From: Chiloscyllium plagiosum
Taxonomy: Eukaryota
Reading direction: 5' to 3'
DNA: 64,000 bases
NCBI RefSeq assembly: GCF_004010195.1
Contig: NC_057718.1
Coordinates: 34,082,384 to 34,146,383 of the forward strand
Shown: positions 63,931-64,000 of the stretch, in pieces
How positions within the stretch are numbered: position 1 is the stretch's first letter
How the letters are laid out: the number at the start of each line of letters is the position of its first letter
Notes under the pieces: model-generated
Seen by the model: only the letters and a program-made list of their open reading frames with translations
The model's database searches: none
Told to the model about the DNA's origin: nothing
Made by a program: the position numbers and the translations under genes

Positions 63931-64000
63931 AATCCTGATGAAGGGCTTTTGCCCAAAAGCGTCAATTTTCCTGCTCCTCAGATGCTGCCTGACCTGGTGT
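63931..64000 (+). mobile_element. PLE terminal-repeat fragment (continues past window end)
   Basis: CTGATGA-A-GGGC-TTTT-GCCC-AAAAGC-GTC; GAAA box mutated. Confidence 0.75.

Overview
Vertebrate non-coding (intronic or intergenic) DNA, inferred to be from a cartilaginous fish (shark) because of the HE1/V-SINE, Deu-domain SINE and CR1 repeat complement. No intact host gene is visible; only two weak internal-exon candidates were found (1336-1418 and 54504-54559, + strand). The window is dominated by transposon relics: many CR1 LINE copies of several ages, an older CR1/L2-group LINE, Rex1-like tails, a Tx1/L1 fragment, an RT-deleted Gypsy element, solo LTRs, a Harbinger Myb/SANT relic, MITEs and several SINE families. 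All four N gaps lie inside young retroelements. The most striking signal is a set of Penelope-like element (PLE) derivatives: RT and GIY-YIG fragments, about 1-kb foldback insertions, and many 90-230 bp target-site-duplication-flanked units. These carry minimal hammerhead-ribozyme motifs (CUGAnGA - stem II - GAAA - palindromic mini stem III - NUH), whose stem II sequence differs between families while base pairing is retained. Family assignments rest on motif recognition, not database searches.
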